Source: Gemmata obscuriglobus (GTDB lineage: Bacteria; Planctomycetota; Planctomycetia; Gemmatales; Gemmataceae). Taken from it: a DNA stretch of 32,000 bases. A program made the translations under genes and the position numbers. Position 1 is the first letter of the stretch. Each line of letters starts with the position of its first letter. Below the pieces are notes generated by a model, which did not search any database, was not told where the DNA came from, and worked only from the letters and a program-made list of their open reading frames with translations. This document shows, piece by piece, positions 26,399-32,000 of the stretch. The stretch spans positions 8,730,001 to 8,762,000 of the forward strand of contig NZ_CP042911.1 of the NCBI RefSeq assembly GCF_008065095.1, given 5' to 3'.

Positions 26399-27271
26399 AT
26401 GCCCCAAGACCCCCGCGAGCGCGGCCCGAAGGCCCCGCAACCGTCCCAGCAGCAAGACCCGCCCGGCCTGGAGTCCGAAATGGACCCGAAGCCGGACTAC
26501 GGCGAAAAGACCTACAAGGGTTCCGGGAAGCTCAAAGGGCGAGCCGCACTCATCACCGGCGGAGACAGCGGGATCGGGCGGGCCGTGGCGCTCGCCTTCG
26601 CCCGCGAGGGCGCGGACGTGCTCGTCTCGTATTTGAGCGAGGAGTCCGACGCCAAGGAGACCGCCCGCGTCGTGGAGGCGGCCGGCCGGAAGTGCGTCAC
26701 GGTCGCCGGCGACATCACCAACGAGGCCCACTGCAAGGCGCTGGTGGAGCGGGCGGTCAAAGAGTTCGGGAAGATCGACGTACTGGTCAACAACGCGGCC
26801 CACCAGATGGCCCGCGAGTCGATCGACGAGATCTCGACGGCCGAGTTCGACCGGACCATGAAGACCAACCTGTACGCCATGTTCTGGCTGTGCCGGGAGG
26901 CCCTGCCGTACATGTCCGCGGGGGCGACCGTGATCAACACGTCGTCCATCCAGGCGGACAGCCCGAGCCCCCAGCTCCTGCCCTACGCGGCGACCAAGGC
27001 GGCGATCCAGAACTTCACCGGCGGACTGGCCCAGATGCTCGGGAAGAAGGGCATCCGGGTCAACTGCGTCGCCCCCGGGCCGATCTGGACCCCACTCATC
27101 CCGGCCACCATGCCGCCCGAAAAGGTGAAGAACTTCGGCAAGGACATGGCCCTGGGGCGGCCCGGACAGCCGGCCGAGCTGGCCCCCGTGTTCGTGCTGC
27201 TCGCTTCCGACGAGTCGAGCTACATGGCCGGCGCCACGGTCGCGGTGACCGGCGGCAAGCCGCTCATCTGA
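26399..27271 (+). CDS. SDR family oxidoreductase, YghA / YdaD (general stress protein 39)-like
   Basis: QQQDPPGLESEMDPKPDYGEKTYKGSGKLKGRAALITGGDSGIGRAVA (TGxxxGIG), NNAA and YAATKAA (YxxxK). The N-terminal extension is characteristic of the YdaD/YhxC/YghA subgroup. Confidence 0.9.
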   Translation: MPQDPRERGPKAPQPSQQQDPPGLESEMDPKPDYGEKTYKGSGKLKGRAALITGGDSGIGRAVALAFAREGADVLVSYLSEESDAKETARVVEAAGRKCVTVAGDITNEAHCKALVERAVKEFGKIDVLVNNAAHQMARESIDEISTAEFDRTMKTNLYAMFWLCREALPYMSAGATVINTSSIQADSPSPQLLPYAATKAAIQNFTGGLAQMLGKKGIRVNCVAPGPIWTPLIPATMPPEKVKNFGKDMALGRPGQPAELAPVFVLLASDESSYMAGATVAVTGGKPLI

Positions 27272-27284
27272 CCCGGGGCACGAC

Positions 27285-27470
27285 ATGGCGACGATCGGCT
27301 ATCACTGCTCGCACGAGCAGTTTGCCGGGCCGAGCGGGCGGGGTTATGCGCGGCAACGGGCTCGGACCACTTTCACTCGAAGGGCGAGCGCCGGCCGGTT
27401 CTGGCTGGCCCCGGACCGGCCGAACTGGCCCTGACGTTCGTGTACCGCGCGCGGGAAATCCCCGTTCTGA
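27285..27470 (+). pseudogene. decayed 5' remnant of an LLM-class flavin oxidoreductase
   Basis: The ATG 27285 frame reads MATIGYHCSHEQFAGPS. After a small deletion and frameshift another frame reads AERAGLCAATGSDHFH (SDHFH at 27362-27376). Together these cover the IGYHxSHEQF...AExAGF...SDHFHPW signature. The remnant is cut off where the convergent gene ends at 27472. Confidence 0.4.
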
Positions 27471-27471
27471 G

Positions 27472-27927
27472 TCACCCCTCGAACGCCCGCCGGGCGGCGT
27501 CCAGCCGCACCGGTTCGAGTCGCTCCCGCTGTTCGTCCGCGCGCCGGGCGAGCAGGTCGTAGTCCGGGCCGCTGGCGGCGGGAACGAACTTCAGCGCCCG
27601 CCACAGCGCCCCCTTGCCGTGGATCCCGATGGCCACGGCTTCCAGGGATTCGAGCAGCTTGAGCCGGCCGCCCGACAGGTCGTCCACCGTCATCTTCAGC
27701 CGGGCGAACTTCTCCGCCACCCACGCGACCGCCTGCCGGGATGCGCTTTGCCTCGCGCCCAGCCGGGCGATCAGCGATTCCAGCTCCTTGCGGTCGAACT
27801 CGATGTCGTGGCGGAGGGCCTTCAGGAACGGGACCAGGTCCGCGTGCGCCTTCTCCAGGTGCTCGAGCAGTTCGAGCGCGGCGGTGGACCCGGACAGGTG
27901 GTCGTTCAGGTAAGTCGCGAGTTGCAC
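27472..27927 (-). CDS. all-helical hypothetical protein co-transcribed with HPF paralog 2
   Basis: GTG 27927 lies 6 nt after GGGAGG and 24 nt after the HPF stop. MQLATYLNDHLSGSTAALELLEHLEKAH... I recognise no domain. Confidence 0.6.
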   Translation of the reverse strand: MQLATYLNDHLSGSTAALELLEHLEKAHADLVPFLKALRHDIEFDRKELESLIARLGARQSASRQAVAWVAEKFARLKMTVDDLSGGRLKLLESLEAVAIGIHGKGALWRALKFVPAASGPDYDLLARRADEQRERLEPVRLDAARRAFEG

Positions 27928-27951
27928 GGCCGCCTCCCGGTTAGTGCCCGA

Positions 27952-28302
27952 TCACATCCCCTGGTCGCCCGCCGCGGACGTGTGTCCGGCCCGGTCGTCC
28001 TGCCGGCCGAGTTGCTTCTCGATCACCCGCAGCACCCGCTCCACCGCGCCGTCCACCGCCGTCTCGACGTCCGCCGCAACGTCGTGGGCCGCGACCGCCG
28101 GGCGCCCGGCCAAATGCACCTCGACCGAGCACCGGGTGTCGATGCCGCCCTTGTCCGAGTTCACGTCCTCCAGGTACACCTCGACCCGCCGCAGGCGGTC
28201 GCCGAAGCGGTCGCCGATGGCGGTCTCCACGTCGGTACGGATGGACTCGGCGAACGCGGCGCTGTTGCGGATGTGGTTGTCGGTGCGCACTTGAAAGATC
28301 AC
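27952..28302 (-). CDS. HPF/RaiA-family ribosome-associated (hibernation) protein, short form, paralog 2
   Basis: GTG 28302 lies 6 nt after GGAGG. VIFQVRTDNHI...RLRRVEVYLEDVNSDKGGIDTRCSVEVHLAG...AVDGAVERVLRVIEKQL aligns along its length with 7277..7612. The track start at 28410 is an upstream extension that would swallow the promoter motif. Confidence 0.7.
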   Translation of the reverse strand: MIFQVRTDNHIRNSAAFAESIRTDVETAIGDRFGDRLRRVEVYLEDVNSDKGGIDTRCSVEVHLAGRPAVAAHDVAADVETAVDGAVERVLRVIEKQLGRQDDRAGHTSAAGDQGM

Positions 28303-28354
28303 GGCTCGCCTCCGAAATGAGTCGGCAACTCTGCTCTGAACCGCCATCAACCGG

Positions 28355-28370
28355 AGCAGACGGCGTGCCG
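28355..28370 (-). promoter_or_regulatory. sigma-54-type -24/-12 promoter-like motif upstream of HPF paralog 2
   Basis: The minus strand reads CGGCACGCCGTCTGCT, with GG at 28369/68 and GC at 28357/56. There are 53 nt between the CTGC and GTG 28302. Confidence 0.45.
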
Positions 28371-28724
28371 GCCTCAACCGCCGCCGAACTCCTCCTCGAC
28401 CTGCTGCCACCCCGCGGTCGTCGGGTACGTGACCATGCGAACTCGTGCCCGTGGCTCTCCTCCGGCGACAGCCACGAGAGCCGCCCGCCCCTTCCGTCAG
28501 TGTGGTCGCCAGCGGCGTACCCTTGAGCGCCGCCCACCCGCTTCAGTTCCGCGGCCGAGCGCAGCCGTTCACGTACCCTGCGTCCCGGTACGCGTCCACA
28601 CACTTGATCACCCTTCGCACTGCAACCGTCGGTGCGAGCGATGACAAATGTGTCCGCGCCAGATTGAGCAAACGTCGGGCAGTAATCACGATGTCGCAGG
28701 ACGAAACGAAGGTGCCGGTTGTGA

Positions 28725-28740
28725 CGGCACCGCGATTGCA
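28725..28740 (+). promoter_or_regulatory. sigma-54-type -24/-12 promoter-like motif (near-perfect)
   Basis: CGGCACCGCGATTGCA, i.e. GGCAC-N5-TTGCA with GG at 28726-27 and GC at 28738-39. There are 53 nt between the TTGC and GTG 28793. Confidence 0.5.
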
Positions 28741-28792
28741 ACGGACGGCCCCGCGTTCGTCGCCCGCCCCGTTACATTTCAGGAGAATCATC

Positions 28793-29083
28793 GTGGCAAC
28801 CACAACGCTCAACAATCCGACCCGCGGAACACAGACACACGAGGCCGAACGGCACTCCGAGGGTCGCGTGGCCCGCAACATCGAGAACTACACCGCGCAA
28901 GTGCCGTCCGACTGGTTCCTGTGGGCCGCCGGAGCGTCCATCGTCGGGTCCCTCACCCTGCACGCTCTCAACCGCAAGGAGGACGCGCAGTTCGTGGGCC
29001 AGTGGGTGGCGCCGTTCATGCTCCTCGGCGTCTACAACAAGATCGTCAAGGTTTCCGGCTCCGACCGCGTCCACGGCTCCTGA
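28793..29083 (+). CDS. small two-TM membrane protein
   Basis: GTG 28793 lies 7 nt after AGGAG. ...ENYTAQVPSDWFLWAAGASIVGSLTLHAL...FVGQWVAPFMLLGVYNKIV. The longer track ORF (from 28445) would start upstream of the promoter motif. Confidence 0.5.
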   Translation: MATTTLNNPTRGTQTHEAERHSEGRVARNIENYTAQVPSDWFLWAAGASIVGSLTLHALNRKEDAQFVGQWVAPFMLLGVYNKIVKVSGSDRVHGS

Positions 29084-29774
29084 ATGCGGAGCGGTCCGGC
29101 ACCGCGCGCCGGACCGCCTCGGCCCCTCACGTCCGCCTACCCCCGAACACTGATTCTGACTCGACACATGAGCTGAGTTGGTCGATGGGAACGTCTGTGC
29201 GAGAAGAAACCGGCACTATCAGCCGGGCGGTGGATGCGGTAACGTTCGCGCAGAGATTTAGCGTCTTCTCGAACGGAGGGCGCAAATTGTGCTATAGATT
29301 TTTTGCTCCTCGATCCACTCCTACCTGACCTGCACTGACTGCATGAAACCGACTCCCGATAAGATCCCGGCCCACATCTTCCGTCCGTCGCTGCTCGCTT
29401 GGCGGGCCGAATATCTTGCATCCAAAGCGGCGGCACCGAGGTCGGCCCCGAAACCGCCCCCGCAAGCCGCGCGTCAGGCGCCCGACTCTGCCGGGCGCCG
29501 CTGACCACTGTCACAGATTGCCTTACGTTTTGGTGCGGTTGCGACACCGTGCTTGTTGGTGTGCTTTCGCCCCGCAGGCGCGAGTGGGGCATTACGTGTG
29601 CGGAACCAGCCGTGACGAGCGGCCGCGCGATGTGCGGTTGTAGGACTTCGAGTCAAAAGTCGTCAGGTCAGCAAGTTGTAAAGTCACAAATCAGAACCAT
29701 CACTGGATTTGCGACTCTACACTTTCGGCGATCGGACTTTCGACCCGAAGCCTGAGTGCGACGGGCTGTGCCGG

Positions 29775-32000
29775 CTATTCCCCCAGCCCTTTGTCCCACT
29801 CGTCCATTTGCTTTTCGAGTTCCTCGAACGTGAGCCCCGTGGGCGGGCCGGGGAGCGGCTCGGCCGTGCGGTCGCGGGTCTGGCGCAGCGCGTCTTCGAG
29901 CCGCCGCACCCACACCGGCACGTCCAGGCCCACCCCGCTGACGATCGCCTCGAGCGGTTCGATGGCGGTGCGCAGCCCGACGAACGCCGGGTTGCCCTCG
30001 ACCTGGCCGCCGCGCGCGGCCTCGGCCGCCGCCGCCACCTGCGCCGCCGCGCGGTCGATCTCCAGCGGGCGGGTGAACCGCTCCTCGAGCCGGTCCCGGA
30101 CGGTGCGGAGCTTCACCCCGTACCGCGCCTCGCGCTCGTTCAGCTCCTTGAGCAGTTCGTCGGCGAGTTCGACCGTCTTCTCCGCGATGAACGTGCGCCA
30201 CCGCCCCGCCAGCGCCTCGTAGCCCCGCTGGCACAGGGCCTCGTGGGCCAGCGCGAGCGGCTTCATCCGCCACGCGAACCGGTCGTACCGCACCTTCAGG
30301 CGGAGCATGTCCAGCAGGATGTGGATGTTCTCGCCGTAGTCGGACTGCGTCGTCGTGGTGTTGTAGTCCCGGTACTCGTCGTAGTGCTCGATGAGCGCCT
30401 GGAGCACCACCTCGGCGCTGCGGGCGGTGCGTGCGCGGTCGAGGGCCTTGGCGTCCCAGTCGGCCACCAGCTTCGGGCGCTTCGCCCCGCGGTCGCCGCT
30501 CTCAATCTCGTGGTCGAGCCACGCCGACACGCCGCGCGCCAGAATCCCGCGCATGTTCGACAGCCCCAGGAACGGCACCGTGAACAGGTCGCTGCCGTAC
30601 TTGGTCACGAACCCCTTCACCGGCTCCCAGTCGTCGTCGTCCGCGACGGTCTCCAGCACCGAGAGCCGCAGCGACTGGCTGTGCTGGTGCCACAGGTTCT
30701 GGAACTCGGTGGCGATTTTGAACAGCGCGTCGGCGAGCGGCCCCTCCTCGCCGGTCGCGTCCGCGTCCCACGTCGCGGCGGTGGCGAGCAGCGTCTCGAC
30801 CACCCCCGTCAGCGCGGTGCGGAACAGTTGGTCGAAGCTGCTGACCCGCCGGCCCTCGGGCGGGTTGTTCCACTCCATCTGGCGGGCGATCTTCGTGAGC
30901 TGGAACGTCTCGCGCAGCAGGCCCAGCCGCGGCAGCCGCGTGACGAGGTCCTCGAGCACGCTCAGCGCCGTCTGGGCCGCGAGCACCTCGCGGGGGCGGC
31001 CCCCGTCGGACGGCGGGCAGTAGAGCAGCGGCTCGCGCCGGAAGTGCGCCGCGAACCCCGGGAGCATCGCCCGCACGCCGGCTGCGTCCCCGCGCCCGAT
31101 CGCGCGCTCGATGCGCACCAGGAGCCCCTCCCACGCGGGCGGCGGCTCCGGCGCGCCGGCGGGCGGTTGCGCCCCGCTCGCCAGCTCGGGGCCGGTGGGG
31201 CGCACCGCGCTCAGCGCCAGGGCCGCCCGGCGCACGTCCACGCACGCCGCGACGCCCAGGTCGAGCAGGTGCCCCTTGATCGCTCGGCGGCGGTCGAACT
31301 CGATCATCCCCTCGTGCCCGCCGGACGGGTCCGGGACCGTGACCCCGGTGAGCCGGTCGAGGAACAGGGCGAGCGAGTCGTTGGCGCGCCGCGCGGCCGC
31401 GAGCCAGGCGCCGAGGGCCGGGTCGTCGGGCGGCCAGATGTCGGGCCGGGCGGCCCGGCGCCACAGCTTCGCGACCGCGTGCAGGAACCCGAGCCGGGTC
31501 TCAATCGCGTCCGCCTGCGCCTCCAGGCTGAACTCGCCGACGGGCTCCGGCGGGTCGCCCGCCACCGACCCGTCGACCCCGTCGTCGGTCGAGTCCTTGT
31601 AGACCATCCCCTCGTAGGCCGAGCCGAACGGGTCGTCGTCTTCGTCGTCCCCGTCGTCCCGCTCCGGGCGCGCCTCGAGCCACTCGTGGGGGGCGCTCCA
31701 GTCCTCGCCCGCGTTCGCGTCCAGCAGCTCGAAGAACCGCTTGAGGAGGGGGCCGCGGTCGGCCGGGGCGGACGCCAGCACCCCGCGGACCCACCGCTCG
31801 GCGAGCGCCTCGAACGACGCCCCGGGCTCGTCCAGCGGGACCGTGTCGCTCTCCGACAGCCAAGTCATGAGGAGCCCCAGCGCGGCCCGCCACTCCCGCC
31901 GCTCGAGCAGCGGCTCGAGCACCTGGGCGAACGCCGCCGGGCTGGTGAACCCCTCGCGGTGCTGCCGCCAGAACCCGACGTCGTTGGAGCTCGGCTTGCG
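29775..32000 (-). CDS. large helical hypothetical protein (N-terminus beyond window edge)
   Basis: The track ORF starts at a GTG (31922). The same frame reads RKPSSNDVGFWRQHREGFTSPAAFAQ without a stop up to position 32000, so the gene probably begins outside the window. At least 741 aa are visible, with an acidic patch (ERDDGDDEDDDPF) and no recognisable catalytic motif. Confidence 0.65.
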   Translation of the reverse strand, partial: RKPSSNDVGFWRQHREGFTSPAAFAQVLEPLLERREWRAALGLLMTWLSESDTVPLDEPGASFEALAERWVRGVLASAPADRGPLLKRFFELLDANAGEDWSAPHEWLEARPERDDGDDEDDDPFGSAYEGMVYKDSTDDGVDGSVAGDPPEPVGEFSLEAQADAIETRLGFLHAVAKLWRRAARPDIWPPDDPALGAWLAAARRANDSLALFLDRLTGVTVPDPSGGHEGMIEFDRRRAIKGHLLDLGVAACVDVRRAALALSAVRPTGPELASGAQPPAGAPEPPPAWEGLLVRIERAIGRGDAAGVRAMLPGFAAHFRREPLLYCPPSDGGRPREVLAAQTALSVLEDLVTRLPRLGLLRETFQLTKIARQMEWNNPPEGRRVSSFDQLFRTALTGVVETLLATAATWDADATGEEGPLADALFKIATEFQNLWHQHSQSLRLSVLETVADDDDWEPVKGFVTKYGSDLFTVPFLGLSNMRGILARGVSAWLDHEIESGDRGAKRPKLVADWDAKALDRARTARSAEVVLQALIEHYDEYRDYNTTTTQSDYGENIHILLDMLRLKVRYDRFAWRMKPLALAHEALCQRGYEALAGRWRTFIAEKTVELADELLKELNEREARYGVKLRTVRDRLEERFTRPLEIDRAAAQVAAAAEAARGGQVEGNPAFVGLRTAIEPLEAIVSGVGLDVPVWVRRLEDALRQTRDRTAEPLPGPPTGLTFEELEKQMDEWDKGLGE

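Noticed and set aside
27941-28741. 266 aa minus-strand ORF spanning the HPF-2 gene and its upstream region; also the 28410 start for HPF-2
   Set aside because: It is in a different frame from the HPF-like sequence and is Arg/Gly-rich. The HPF homology begins at VIFQVRTDN, with GGAGG 6 nt upstream of GTG 28302.
28445-28792. Long N-terminal extension (or the MSQDE start at 28691) of the small membrane protein
   Set aside because: The extension is Arg/Pro/Ser-rich. AGGAG lies at optimal distance from GTG 28793, and the -24/-12 motif at 28725 would otherwise fall inside the gene.
29343-29504. 53-codon ATG ORF (MKPTPDKIPAHIFRPSLLAWRAEYL...)
   Set aside because: It has no SD and a low-complexity Pro/Ala tail, and I have no means to test conservation. 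It is too weak to call.

Overview
High-GC (about 70%) bacterial chromosome. It is probably Planctomycetota, Gemmataceae-like, judged from a DUF1559 pseudopilin-like gene, its lipoprotein partner, a Gemmata-style Cys-rich family and dense REP-like palindromes. Many long ORFs in the supplied track are GC-driven shadow frames, and the track also uses GTG/TTG/CTG as M. I therefore re-derived starts from Shine-Dalgarno context.

Content from left to right:
- 1-6.1 kb, minus strand: a four-gene GldA/GldF/GldG-type ABC operon ending in a DUF4340-like gene.
- 6.2-10.5 kb: a Pro-rich secreted protein, a short HPF/RaiA-like gene, and rpsO-pnp, where PNPase carries an RGG/Gly-rich tail.
- 10.55-11.35 kb: an 800 bp structured non-coding gap.
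- 11.3-16.3 kb: aldo/keto reductase, orphan HicB-like gene, GNAT/PAT acetyltransferase, and a DUF1559-lipoprotein-DUF5009 unit.
- 16.8-20.5 kb: a two-BON OsmY-like protein, a soluble FHA-GAF-histidine kinase and a Cys-rich hypothetical.
- 20.7-29.1 kb: a dormancy/stress cluster holding a hydrophilin-like protein, DUF4142, DUF2231, isochorismatase, YciF/DUF892, a Crp/Fnr regulator, a coiled-coil lipoprotein, a YghA/YdaD-type SDR, a second HPF paralog with a helical partner, and a small membrane protein. Decayed LLM-oxidoreductase remnants flank it.
- 29.8-32 kb: the C-terminal part of a large hypothetical protein.

Main finding: seven correctly oriented sigma-54-type motifs (CGGCAC-N5-TTGC) sit upstream of the stress and HPF genes only, which suggests one undescribed regulon. 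No enhancer-binding protein is visible in the window. I found no rRNA, tRNA, CRISPR array or intact mobile element.
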